A stretch of DNA of 64,000 nucleotides. It comes from Curvularia clavata (taxonomy: Eukaryota). The stretch spans positions 372,001 to 436,000 of the forward strand of contig CP089281.1 in NCBI GenBank assembly GCA_023920165.1. The letters run 5' to 3'. Within the stretch, counting starts at the first letter, position 1. The number at the start of each line of letters is the position of its first letter. Shown here in pieces: positions 1 through 11,830 of this stretch. The translations under genes and the position numbers were made by a program. A model generated the notes under the pieces. That model was given only the letters and a program-made list of their open reading frames with translations, was not told the DNA's origin and ran no database searches.

Positions 1-1628
1 CACAAAAGATCAACGACCGCCTCGATGCAGTCGATGCACTGAACAAGAACTCGTCCATTACAGAGAACTTCAGTGGTTCATTGAGCAAGCTGCCAGACCT
101 TGAGCGTCTCATTTCTCGAGTCCATGCTGGACGGTGTAGGGCGCAAGACTTTCTCAAAGTCTTGGAAGGCTTCGAGCAGATCGAGTATACCATCAGTTTG
201 CTGAAGCAGTTCAGTGATGGAGAAGGTGTCATTGGCCAGCTCATTTCATCCATGCCGAATCTCGCAGCGTGTCTCGACAAGTGGAAGTCCGCCTTTGACC
301 GTGATGCCGCCAGAAAAGACGGCATTTTGATACCTGAAACCGGCGTCGAGGAGGATTACGATAACAGCCAGGCAGAGATTGATACTTGTGAGGCTAATCT
401 TGAGGCATTGCTCAAGAAGGTCCGCAAAGAGCTCGGCTCAAACGCAATCATCTACAACCATCTCGGAAAGGAGATTTATCAACTCGAAGTGCCGAAGAAG
501 GTCAAGGTGCCCAACAGCTGGGACCAAATGTCCTCCACAGCCAAGGTCACCCGCTACTACACCCCCGAACTGCGGAAGCTGGTGCGAGCGTTGCAAGAAG
601 CCCAAGAAACTCACGGCCAGATCACGCGCGAAGTTGCTACTCGCTTCTGCCAACGCTTTGACGAGGACTACAAGATCTGGCTTGCGGCTGTCAAGATTAT
701 CGCCCAGCTCGACTGCCTTATCAGTCTTGCCAAGGCGTCCGCCTCATTGGGAGAGCCTAGTTGCCGTCCCGTCTTTGTAGAGGGCGAACGTACTGTTGTC
801 GAGTTTGAGGAGCTTCGCCATCCCTGCATGCTCAACACTGTCGATGACTTTATACCCAACGATATCAAGCTGGGCGGTGACAGCTCCAACATCAGTTTGC
901 TCACCGGTGCAAACGCCGCTGGTAAATCAACCATTCTGCGCATGACATGTATAGCTGTCATCATGGCACAAGTCGGCTGCTATTTGCCCTGCATTTCAGC
1001 AAAGCTTACACCCGTCGACCGCATCATGTCTCGTCTCGGTGCGAACGACAACATCTTTGCTGCACAATCGACCTTTTTCGTTGAGCTCTCGGAAACGCAG
1101 AAGATCCTGTCTGAAGCCACGTCTCGCTCGCTAGTCATTTTGGACGAACTTGGTCGTGGCACCTCGTCGTACGATGGAGTTGCAGTTGCCCAAGCCGTCC
1201 TTCACGATATTGCGACAAGGGTGGGCTGCGTCGGCTTCTTCGCCACGCACTACCGCTCGCTCGCCAAAGAGTTTGAATTCCACCCAGAAGTGCAGAATAA
1301 GCGTATGCGTATCCATGTCGATGATGCCTCCAAATCGATTACCTTTCTCTACAAGCTTGAGGAAGGTGTTGCAGAGGGCAGCTTCGGTATGCACTGTGCT
1401 GCCATGTGCGGCATCCCGAGCAAGGTTATCGAAGATGCGGAGAAAGCAGCCAAGGCATGGGAGCACACGAGTAGATTGGGAGAGAGGATGGAAGTCAAGA
1501 AGGACGAGGGCGGGGTATATCTACCGCTGGGCCTACAAAGTGATATCTCATGGGCCCTTCGAGAGGGTCTAGAGGGAGTGGGAGAGCGGGCGATGGATGT
1601 GCTACTGGAGGCTATTTCTGCGCTGTGA
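1..1628 (+). CDS. MSH6: DNA mismatch repair protein MutS homolog 6, C-terminal part (5' end outside window)
   Basis: MutS ATPase motifs GANAAGKST, LVILDELGRGTS, FATHY; MSH6-type SFGMHCAAMCGIP. Confidence 0.93.
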   Translation, partial: QKINDRLDAVDALNKNSSITENFSGSLSKLPDLERLISRVHAGRCRAQDFLKVLEGFEQIEYTISLLKQFSDGEGVIGQLISSMPNLAACLDKWKSAFDRDAARKDGILIPETGVEEDYDNSQAEIDTCEANLEALLKKVRKELGSNAIIYNHLGKEIYQLEVPKKVKVPNSWDQMSSTAKVTRYYTPELRKLVRALQEAQETHGQITREVATRFCQRFDEDYKIWLAAVKIIAQLDCLISLAKASASLGEPSCRPVFVEGERTVVEFEELRHPCMLNTVDDFIPNDIKLGGDSSNISLLTGANAAGKSTILRMTCIAVIMAQVGCYLPCISAKLTPVDRIMSRLGANDNIFAAQSTFFVELSETQKILSEATSRSLVILDELGRGTSSYDGVAVAQAVLHDIATRVGCVGFFATHYRSLAKEFEFHPEVQNKRMRIHVDDASKSITFLYKLEEGVAEGSFGMHCAAMCGIPSKVIEDAEKAAKAWEHTSRLGERMEVKKDEGGVYLPLGLQSDISWALREGLEGVGERAMDVLLEAISAL

Positions 1629-2031
1629 GAAGGAGAGTGTCATATGTATGCTTGAGCTGGGTAAGAAGTATAATCGGTTTTTTTTAGCGATTCAGCGGGT
1701 TCTATATTCATAGGGTTTGGTAGTAAAGCACAATGAAAGAGTATCGACATGCATTTTGGTCTGCACGGCGCAAGATGTCTTCAACTGTTTAACTTGTAGA
1801 ATGAATCTAATTTTCTGATGGAACTAAAATCTCTCCATGGAGGCATGCCACAGTGCACCAGAAAGTACTGAGTGATGCCATGCTCGGTCTGATAGAAGAG
1901 GTACAAAAGAGCCCCAAGATCACGTCCATAGTTTTCACACTCCTACCAACTCCCATTTCCATTTTGCTCATCATCCTTTGGCCTCGCAAAACTCAGTATC
2001 TCACACCACTCTTGTGCCACGACAATCAACC

Positions 2032-2551
2032 CTAGATTCCAGAGAAAAAAGCAAAGTCGTTATCCTCGCCGAAGATATGATTTTTATCCTCCTCCTCCTT
2101 TGTGACAACAATCATATCAGGGAAAAGTTGTTCGTCGTTACCATCGTCCTGGATCTCGTCCTGTGCCGCCTTCTTAGACTTCTTGCTCGGCGTATCGGGC
2201 ATGGAACCATTGGAGATGGCGTTCCTTCGCTTGCGAGCGGTGCTGGACGGTGTGGCGGCTTTGTTGCTCTTTCTGGGCGTGCCAGGAACAGAGGGCGTGC
2301 CGGAGACGGAGTCAGCGAGGGTTCGAATCTTCTGCTTGATCTTGTTGAACGTGACGCCTGCGCTGCCTGGAGTGTAGCCCGTGAGAGCGGCTAGCTTGTT
2401 AACATCGATCTGGATTGGGTTTAGTCTGGGGGTTGAGGTGAGGAGGAAGAGGGTTGGTGCAGACCTTTGGTTGAGTCTCCATGCACTGCCAGGCTAAAGC
2501 GAGGACTTCCATCTCGCGTGGGGAAAAGGTAATGCTCTGGTTGGGCGCCAT
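2032..2551 (-). CDS. Small fungal Myb-like domain protein with basic/acidic tail (2 exons; missed by the ORF track)
   Basis: Exon1 2551-2465 MAPNQSITFFPREMEVLALAWQCMETQPK; GT..AG intron 2464-2410; exon2 IDVNKLAALTGYTPGSAGVTFNKIKQKIR...FSGI*. Confidence 0.75.
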
Positions 2552-2969
2552 AGCGGGCGATGTTGTCCTTGTTCTTGATGATGTTGTGTTGAAGTGCAGT
2601 AGTGTGTAGACAGGTTGTTGAGGAGTTGAGTGAACTGTAGAGGAGCAAGAGAAGAAGAATGTTGGGTGTGGCCTTTAAGTCATGCCGCACTTATGTCGAA
2701 AAGTCCTGAAGGTTGGTAGTGAAGTTTGATTTTAGTGTGATTAATGTTAAGAGTGAGGGCGCTCAGCACAAGCTTTAGAAGAAGTAAAGCTCGCTTTCAC
2801 TTCATGTGAAGGCATGATTTAGGAATTTATGAAGAGTCAGACGATGCAAGTGGTATGGGATGAAGGAAACTGAAGATAATGGCTAGGTTTCTGCTGAACA
2901 GTACTATGATTTGTTAACATTTGTGTTATTTATATTTACACTTTGTTTCAACACGGTATAATTGTGTTT

Positions 2970-4213
2970 TTATACACGGCGAACTTCTTTTCCTTGAAGC
3001 TCCGGCCTTTCTACGTCTAGCTCATCCCTTAAAGCCGCATACATGGAATCACCCAAGATGATGGAAAGGCCCAGACTCCAGACCAGGGTGATGGCGTAAA
3101 AGAAGTTGGCATTGCCCGAGCCTGCGTATACCCACAAATGGTAGAAAGCAGGACCCAAGAAGGAAGTGTAGAGAACGCTTGCTGATGCCAAGAATGTGTA
3201 ACGCATCACTGGGATTTAGTCAGCAGGGTGACTTCATTGGACGAAAATGTGGGGCACTCACGAGGAAACAGATGCCGAAACATGGGCACCAGGGACAGGT
3301 ACAAGGCGGCATCTGCTATGCTAGGGTATGGGGTGAAGATTGCGAAGACACCAGTCAATGCGCAAGCGACAAACAAGGGTTGCTTGTGCAGGCGTATGGT
3401 TAGGCCTGGCATGTACGAGGCGGCATGGAGCCAGAACACGCCCAAGAAGAACTCGCGGAAAGAGTCGAACATTTCGATGAAGAAATACCACCAGAGACCC
3501 ACATTGGGCGTCAGATCAGGCAACAAAAGACGCACGCCGTATGTAGCAGCGAGGAAGTCCCACGAGCCTGTCAAGAAGGCAGAGCCGAATAGCAAGGCCC
3601 CGATTGCAGCCGCGAAACCAAGGGTATGTGCGACAAGGAATGCCGGTACACTTGACGAAGACTTGGTTTTGAGCGCCTTTGCATCGTACAGCAGAATCAT
3701 AAGAGGCGGGAACAGCAGAAGGGGATGCATGGCAAAGTATGAGGCGAAGGCCGTAGCCAGGATGAAGGTAAAGCTGGCCCCACGGGAGGCCTTTGCCATT
3801 GCCGTGAGGATGAACAGGTTGGTCAGGGCCGAGGTCGAGCGGGCAATGCAAGTTGCAACGGTAAATGGATTGAACAGGAAGCTGGTCACTACGTCAGCGC
3901 ATGGTCAATCAAAGTGCAGCACTGTGTGTACCCAGCAGCAATGGCCGTGCTACTCCACCGCAAGTCTTTTCGGGGCGAAGTAAAGAGTCGCGTCACCGAG
4001 GCGAAGCCCGTGTCTGCAATCTGGGCCAATGCGCTTGCGCTCAACAGGTCGACGAGGGTGAAGAAGATATTGGTCGCAAGAGGGGCTGAAGCGGGATTTG
4101 GCAGCAAGGCAAAGAGCGGCAGCAGGAGTGGGGCCTGGTGGTAGACGCCACCATCGTAGGGAGAGACATTGTGCCTGTAGAGGAAAACGCCTTCTTGGAC
4201 TGTGCCGTATCAG

Positions 4214-4264
<51 letters not shown>

Positions 4265-4437
4265 GGGTGAGAGTGAGGATGGCAGTACATACGCCTCTTG
4301 AAGCTTGTGACGGGAGTTGAGACCTCGACACGGCCGGCGAGGAGGTCAGGCAGAGCGGGAAAGAGGGCGAAGAGCAGCAGACGGATAGCCGCAGCGGCCC
4401 CGAAGAGCAGCAGCTTGTGCTGTCTGTCAATGGCCAT
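2970..4437 (-). CDS. GAB1: GPI transamidase subunit PIG-U/Gab1/Cdc91 (4 exons)
   Basis: RVEVSTPVTSFKR, LTPNVGLWWYFFIEMFDSFR, GSGNANFFYAITLVW; introns about 4292-4200, 3931-3882, 3261-3209. Confidence 0.92.
4215..4259. repeat. (GT/CA)n microsatellite, about 22 units, in GAB1 intron 1
   Basis: Seen directly. Confidence 0.97.
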
Positions 4438-4662
4438 GTTGTGCGCTCTCTCGCTCGCGTTGGCTCGGCCGTCGTGTTGTTCTGGCAAGATGGAACGTTC
4501 ATGGCGGAGGCCCTGGTCGCCGCTAACTCCGGAATCCCGGTTGTTCGACAGGGGTCATCCCTGTGCGCTAGCCGGCGGCATCTCGAACTTTTTTGCGCCC
4601 GCCCAAAAGTTGCTCGACTGGCACCAACTTCTATCGCGACCACTTCCACCCCAGACTCTACA

Positions 4663-6743
4663 ATGGCAGGTCGCAGCAAGAAGAAGGGTGAGTACATGGC
4701 CACACGGAACAAATATTTTCGACAACAAAATCTCTGACATTTCTTATAGGCACCTCTGGTGCAGCCAAGAACTACATCACCCGCACGCGCGCCGTCAAGA
4801 AGCTCCAGATCTCTCTCCCAGATTTCCGCCGGCTATGTATCTTCAAGGGCATCTACCCCCGCGAGCCGCGCAACAAGAAGAAGGTGACCAAGGGCTCCAC
4901 GGCTGCTACCACCTTCTACTACACAAAGGACATCCAATACCTGCTCCATGAGCCGCTGCTTGCAAAGTTCCGTGAGCACAAGGCCGTCGCAAAGAAGATT
5001 GGCCGCGCCCTTGGTCGCGGCGAGGCTGGCGATGCCTCGCGCCTCGAGAAGAACCTCATGCCCAAGGTCAAGCTCGATCACATCATCAAGGAGCGCTACC
5101 CGACCTTTGTCGACGCTCTGCGCGATCTCGACGACGCCCTCTCCATGCTGTTCCTCTTCGCCAATCTGCCCTCGAGCGAGCACATCCCCGCAAAGACCAT
5201 TGCTCTCTGCCAGCGCCTCACCCGCGAATTCGAGCACTACGTAATCACCTCGCACTCGCTGCGCAAGTCGTTCCTCTCCATCAAGGGCATCTACTACCAG
5301 GCCACCATCCAGGGTCAGGACATTCTGTGGCTTGTCCCCTACAGATTCGTGCAGCGAACCGGTGGCGACATTGACTTCAGGATCATGGGCACATTCGTCG
5401 AGTTCTACACCACCCTCTTGGGTTTCGTCAACTACCGGCTCTATACCTCCCTCGGTCTCGTTTACCCTCCCAAGTTCAATGCCAAGAGCGACGAGCAAGG
5501 TGGCGAGCTCTCTGCATTCCAGCTTCAAGGCAAGGCCAATGCAACAAACGGCTCTGCAAATGGACATGGCGAGCACGCTGAGATCAACCCAGAGGCACAG
5601 GCGATTGCTGACAAGATCGCCGCCATGCCTGACGACGAAGATGCGCAGGAGTCGACTGCTCTGACGAAGCGCAGTGAAGACAACGAAGACGAGGCCAATG
5701 ACGAAATTGACAAGTTTGAGCCCACTGCTCCCGACGCTGACGTTCTGCCCCAACCCCAAGCAAGCAGTGCCGAGGTTGCTTCGCTCTTCGCCCCCTTTAC
5801 CTTTTATCTCTCGCGAGAAACACCCAGAGCACCACTCGAGTTCATTCTCAAGGCTTTTGGCTGCAAGCGCGTTGGCTGGGACGGCACCCTAGGCGACGGC
5901 GCCTTCACAACAAACGAATCCGATCCCAACATCACACATCAGATTGTCGACCGACCGGCACTGTCCAACGGAGCGCCCGCTGCTGGCGAACAAGAGTCCA
6001 AGGTCCAGTGGCCCTATTCCATGATGCCTGGCCGCACCTACGTCCAACCCCAATGGGTGTGGGATTGCATCAACCAGGGCAAGTTGCTGCGTCCTGACCA
6101 CTACGCGCCCGGTGCTGACCTACCCCCACATCTGAGCCCATGGGTCAAGCCCAAGAAGGGCGAGTACGATCCTAACCTGCCTCTTGCAGCTCAACAGCCC
6201 GAGGGAGAGGCCGAGGCATTTGAAGATGAAGCTGACGAAGAGGCGGCCGTCGACTCTGATGGCGATGAGAACATGGATGCCATTGTCGACCGCGAAGGGT
6301 CTGTTGAGATTGGAGAGGGCATGGATGTGGCTGATTCCGAAGATGACAGCGATGATGACGACGATGACGACTCAGAGGGCGCTGGTGGTGCTGGTGATGA
6401 CTTTGACGGCCTCGACTCAGACGCCGAGTCGGACATTTCCGAAGGCGAGGCTGCCCGTCTCCAGCACCAACGCGAGTTGGAGGCCGAGGCGCTGGGCAAG
6501 AAGGTCGAGGTCAAGAAACCAACCAAGAAGGAGCAAAACGCCGCTATCCGCAAGAAGGCTGAAAAGAAGAAACGCGAACAAGAGGAAGAACGTGAGAGGC
6601 AAAAGATGATGTTGTCCAACAAGAAGCGCAAACTGTTGAAGCGTATCGAGTACGGTGAGAACAAGCGGGACAATGAGTCGGAGAACCTGCGCAGGAAGCG
6701 GGCGAGGGTTGAGAAGGCCAAGGCTGCTGCAGAAGCACTCTAG
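4663..6743 (+). CDS. NOP7: Pescadillo homolog (60S biogenesis), BRCT domain, acidic tail
   Basis: MAGRSKKK + intron 4689-4749; [42 protein letters not shown]. Confidence 0.95.
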
Positions 6744-7852
6744 GCATATGCATATCCACATGACAGACAAAAGCAGGGCGGGTCGGCGTTGATGGGCACG
6801 GTGTTGCAGGCGCTTCACGTATTTCCAGATGCTCTATGTATTCGGTTTAAAACATGTATCATCGACTGTGATTCACGGCACCTATTCTCTGACACGATGA
6901 CTTGAAGAACGCCCTCGCTATGTTCGCGCACAGACATTACCTATTTCCTCCCTGCTGGGCGCAGTCGTCTCTGACCACACCATCTGCAGTCACTGGGCGC
7001 CCGATGAGTCAAACAATGTACAGCCATATCTATCGACGCATCGCATCTGCATGGCTGGTTTTGTGTCTGTTTTCCTCTTCAACTAAAATTCGTTTGTACT
7101 CTAGCCTCAGCCAGCAATATGTAATTGTTTTTTGGACCATCAGCTGTACCCAGTTGGTCGACTGAACCTGTCGCCTAACCTTAAATGCAATCACTCTGGA
7201 TGAGCAAACGCCTCCGCACAATAGTAACAATGCGACCTGTCCATCCAGCATGCGGAGCCCCTGCAGGATAAAACCAATGCCACCAACCCTTCATGAGCGC
7301 CCGTTGCACTCGACACTTCAGACAACGAAAGAGTCGCACACGGCTCGTCGTCACCATTTCCACCACTGCCGACCTCCTCATAGTAACGAGCCCCTGCGCT
7401 CGTCAACCGCGCGTAACGTCGAGCTCCACCATCGTCGCCGCTTCCTAAAACCGCAAGGTGCCGAGCCGCTGCCGGAGGGAACCACTTCGGAAAAATTGCT
7501 CAACAAGAATTTTTTTGGAATACTTTCGGAAGTTTCGCCATCATCTCTTAAGAGGTACTTGACCTTCTGCAAGCATGCTGAGCATGTCGCTGACATTTTG
7601 CAAGCTGTACGGCTTGTGCTCTTCACCCCAGGCAACAGGCAACTCCGCCACGTGATCTGGCCATCACCAAGTGCTATTGTTACACGGTCCGAGCAAGTCT
7701 TTTTGCTCAAACTCTGGAGGATTGATATTTCGCGATTGAAAACGGACGTAAATTCCCAACCGTTGGCGCGGAGAACAACTTGATTACCCGGGCTTCAAAT
7801 CGACCTTCAACAATCGCCTCGTTCTCCACGACATAACGAACAGCATATAAAC

Positions 7853-8794
7853 ATGGTTTCCCAACCAAACATTCTCTTTCCCGATCTTCCTCCGGAGCTC
7901 CGAAATGAAATATACACTTACCTCTCCACGCCTTGCTCCAACTCCAAACCCTTGAATTTACAACTCCCTCTGCAACTCAAGACATTTTCATGCAAGCACA
8001 CCACAGTACAGATCTGTCCCGTCCATTACGGCTCGACCGGTCTGCTTGCATTGCCTCGAGACCAATTTCTGGAAGCCGGCGAGTACCAATCCTGGTTACT
8101 CAACAATGCCCTGGAACTACAAGTCAGCGTGCATTTCAAAGGCCGCATTCACACGTTTACCCAGGCCCATTGGGACAAGAAGATGGAGACGCATCTGCGC
8201 AAGTTAGCCAAACTGCATCCTTGGCTGAAAAAAGTGTCAAGGTACAACATTCAGCTTCTATGGGACCCAGTGGACGGGGTACTCAAGAGCAAGAACAATA
8301 AAAGGATAGCAGGGCATGTGCCATTGGACATGGCAAAAACGTTAACCCAGCTCATGGATCTCGAAGTCAAGCGCAAACAGGGATGTGTCCAACTCGGACT
8401 CCATCTCAGCCACAAATTCGCAGTGGAGAATGTTATGGCACCATGTAAATTTGGTCTCGGTGCGTTTCTCGCGGATAAGGATAGGCTACAGGGATTTCGG
8501 GGATTGACAAAAGGCGTGTGGAAAGCCCCCTGTACGTTTACATCATTAGAGCCCGCTCTTCCTATTGTGCCTTCGTCGACATTGCGGGTGGTACCACTGG
8601 TGACACAAGAGGATAAGCCGTTGATGACAGTAGACGAAGGAGTGGTCAGGTGGTCGGCATGTACACAGGGACAGCTAGTAATGCGGAAGACAAACAGATC
8701 TGTCGCTGGTGGGGGAGACTCGTATGAATATTGGAGCGGAGAGATGGAGTTTCCCATGTGCCAGATATTTGCAGAATGTGTAGAGCGGCTGTAA
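7853..8794 (+). CDS. Hypothetical protein with N-terminal F-box-like motif
   Basis: 313-aa intronless ORF; FPDLPPELRNEIYTYL. Confidence 0.75.
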   Translation: MVSQPNILFPDLPPELRNEIYTYLSTPCSNSKPLNLQLPLQLKTFSCKHTTVQICPVHYGSTGLLALPRDQFLEAGEYQSWLLNNALELQVSVHFKGRIHTFTQAHWDKKMETHLRKLAKLHPWLKKVSRYNIQLLWDPVDGVLKSKNNKRIAGHVPLDMAKTLTQLMDLEVKRKQGCVQLGLHLSHKFAVENVMAPCKFGLGAFLADKDRLQGFRGLTKGVWKAPCTFTSLEPALPIVPSSTLRVVPLVTQEDKPLMTVDEGVVRWSACTQGQLVMRKTNRSVAGGGDSYEYWSGEMEFPMCQIFAECVERL

Positions 8795-9053
8795 TCATGA
8801 ATGCATCTAATAAGTGAACGAAGATGGATGTAGCCTCTGAATGCAAGCAAAACTGCAAATGACACTGATCTCGATGGCTGGAGGTTTTTCATGTTTGTAT
8901 TTGGTAACTCTAGAACGCTGTGATACCATCTCTTGCCATCTGCACTGCAGCTCCGCGACCTACTCCTCCCTCTCTACTACTTCCCCTCTCTATTACTCCC
9001 CCGTCTTTCTCTCCTTTTCTCTCTCCATCCACCATCAAAGGCCTACCCAAATT

Positions 9054-10960
9054 TCAAGCCCAAGCACCTACCAAACTCATCAAAAAGGCACCCAAAAGCA
9101 CCAATAAACAAGCATACACCCTGCGCCTACCCCTCAATACCTTCCAACTCTCGTCACTAAGAAAATCCTCCGACATGAGCTCAACTAAAGATGCAAAGAC
9201 AAGAAATCCGGCCGAGATGGCATTCATGATGCCAACCACGAGGAGACCAACTTCCGAATCGGGCGAGTAAAGCCTATGCGTTGCGATGCCAATGGCCATG
9301 CCGCCAGGTGTGCTGGAGTGTGTGTGAGTACAAATCGGATATTGGGACATGTGCACATATATACAAAAAGGGAAAGAAACTTACGTGCAACCATAGGCAA
9401 GAGCCATGAGCCACGGTTGAATGGCCTTGGGCTTCCATTTGACATCCGCAATGCGTACGCCGAGTGCAAGACCCTCAAATGTTTCTGATAAAAGTTAGCA
9501 GGGAGACGTTGATGTACACAATGGGTCGATTCAAAGACTGACGATGGAATACAATGGCAATGAGCAAAACGGTAAAGTCATTGCCGACCGACACAGCAAG
9601 CGACATGCCGATGAAGACGCTGTGAAACAAGATGCCCATCTCTAGAAGGAAGACCTGCATGATGGCTTTCTTGTGAACCTGTTCAGGTGACAGAATGTGT
9701 TTGTGCTCGCCACTTTCGCGGTCAGATTGGACATCATCGTTGTCGCTCTCAGCTGTGTTGTCTGCTACAGGGGTTTCATTGGCTTCCGAACCAGCGGCCA
9801 ATTCAATGGCATCTAGTTTCTGCCCATCCTCGCGATAGCGCGACAGTGTCCTGCTAATGCTACCGACCCTACCTTTCAAGACACCGAGGTCACGGACGCG
9901 CATGCTCGAATTGGAGTAGGTTCGCTCGAGTCCTGGTTTTGGTGAGACAGGCTGCTTTTCAGCCTCTGTCTTGGGCGCCTTGGGCTGGCGTGAGACTGCC
10001 GCCACACCCTCATTTCCACCACAAACATGCCGAGCAGGGGAAAAAGTCATTTCAATTAACGTGACAAAGAAAACGCTGGCAAGCATAATGGCACCGGGCA
10101 TGGCCTGATAATCTGTGGTCCAGAAACTCGACAAACAAGGGTCGCCCAGCGAATTGAAGGCTGTGGGAAGCAAGTGAACAAATGCAGTTGCGACGAGAAC
10201 ACCGGTGCCAAAGTGCTTAGCGCCAAAGAGAAAAGATGGCGGGATGCGCAGACGTGGAAATTTGAGCACGAGCATAGGAAAAGCACAGCCTGTTCCAGAT
10301 ACGAAGAGGATAATGAAGAGACCGCCGACATGGAGGGCAAGATCGTAATCTGGGTGAGCCTTGCCATTACCACAGGTACTTCGCTTTGCAGGTGGTTGGA
10401 ATGAGGGTTCTGCACGAAGTTAGTTTGAGAAGAACTGTTTTGTGTCGGTTCGACCACAACATACCCGGAGAAACAAAGAAACTGGGCGTAGACAGGTTGC
10501 CACTGGCATAAGAAATCAAAATTGAGGTACAAAGTACCGAAGCCAGCCATTTGACCCATCCGACGAGAGTGTCGGTGAGGCAAGCTTGAAGCTTGGCAAG
10601 ATGCATGGTTGATGTTGTTCGGGTGCAAGGTCCTGCAGTAACAGCAAAAAGAAGCAGCTTGTCAGCACGGTATTTTTGGTACACATGCAGGTTAGGAAGA
10701 ATACCTTTTTCGGACCCTTTGACACCCTCGCCCATGGCGACTACTCTGCCCTTGTCTATCTCTTGGCCGTTGACATTGTCGACTTGGCAAGGTCGTAAGT
10801 TTCGCGTGGTGCACAGCTGGTCAGCTTCGCCCAGCTCTCTTGCGTTGGCAATGCCATTCAGGTCAGCGCACGTTGTGAGGTCAGCTGCGAAACGTGGTGG
10901 ATTCTGGTTCCATCCGGGGTGCCAAAGGATGTCATCATCAGTCCTCGAAGGGCAGTTCAT
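9054..10960 (-). CDS. ZIP-family (Zrt/Irt) zinc/iron transporter with N-terminal extension (5 exons)
   Basis: KHFGTGVLVATAFVHLLP, LEMGILFHSVFIG, FHQTFEGLALG; introns about 10704-10633, 10464-10410, 9542-9485, 9384-9313. Confidence 0.9.
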
Positions 10961-11584
10961 GGTTGCAAGGGAAAAAAAGTATGTGCCTTCGCTGCTCTAT
11001 CCCTTATGGTTTGAGTCGAAAAGCACGAGGAAAAAAAAAATTGCCCAGGGTCAGAAACAAAGAGGTCCAGACGGACGGGCTAGAGAGGGGAAAATGTCGG
11101 GAGGTTTGCAGGGGTGATTTTGAGGAGTCGTATATACTGCGTACGTCGACGATGGGGGAAATCAGTCGGGCTATATGGGCACACGCGAGAGGCAGTGGAT
11201 TGACGGCTAGCGGCTATTGCGCATCGTCATGCTCCAACCACGACACACGACCCCGGCCGCCAAGACGAGCCAACCCCAGAGGTTGACTGCCAGCGCCACA
11301 TGGCAGCAGCCACAGCCGGGTGAATTTGGCGTCTTCATTATTTGTTAAAGACGGCATGCGGCGTCGACTATGCCTTTGCCTTTTCCCAACATTGGCAACC
11401 GTCGACGCTGCCACTGCCTTTGGGCCCGTTTCGAGCCGAAGCCGTGCTACCCGATGTAAGGCGTGGACAATGTCGATGGACAGATGATGGATGATGGGGA
11501 TGACGATGACGATATGGCCATGATGCTGATGATGATGAGTGGCCGGTTTGCAGAGGATGGAGCCCGATGTTTCCCGAGTACCAA

Positions 11585-11613
11585 GACGAGACGAGACGAG
11601 ACGAGACGAGACG
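11585..11613. repeat. (ACGAG)n pentanucleotide repeat, about 6 units; imperfect (GAT)n tract at about 11480-11537
   Basis: Seen directly. Confidence 0.9.
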
Positions 11614-11830
11614 AACCCTTGCTTACCTCATCTCATGCCATTTTGGCCAGTCCAGGCCATTGGCTGGCGCCCAGTGTCACGTGAAATTTGTGCAGAACAG
11701 ACATGGACATTCGATAAAGCATCCATTATTGCAGCAGACAAAATCTGCTGGCGTAAGAGCTTACGCATCCTCAAAGCGCATGTTGAAGCGCATCTCTATC
11801 GTTTCCTCGTCTATGGGTATCAAGCACCTC

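Noticed and set aside
4833..6818. Long minus-strand ORFs over NOP7
   Set aside because: Antisense shadows of a codon-biased gene.
7250..7783. 177-aa ORF upstream of the F-box-like gene
   Set aside because: No recognisable motif or coding-like composition; probably promoter/UTR.
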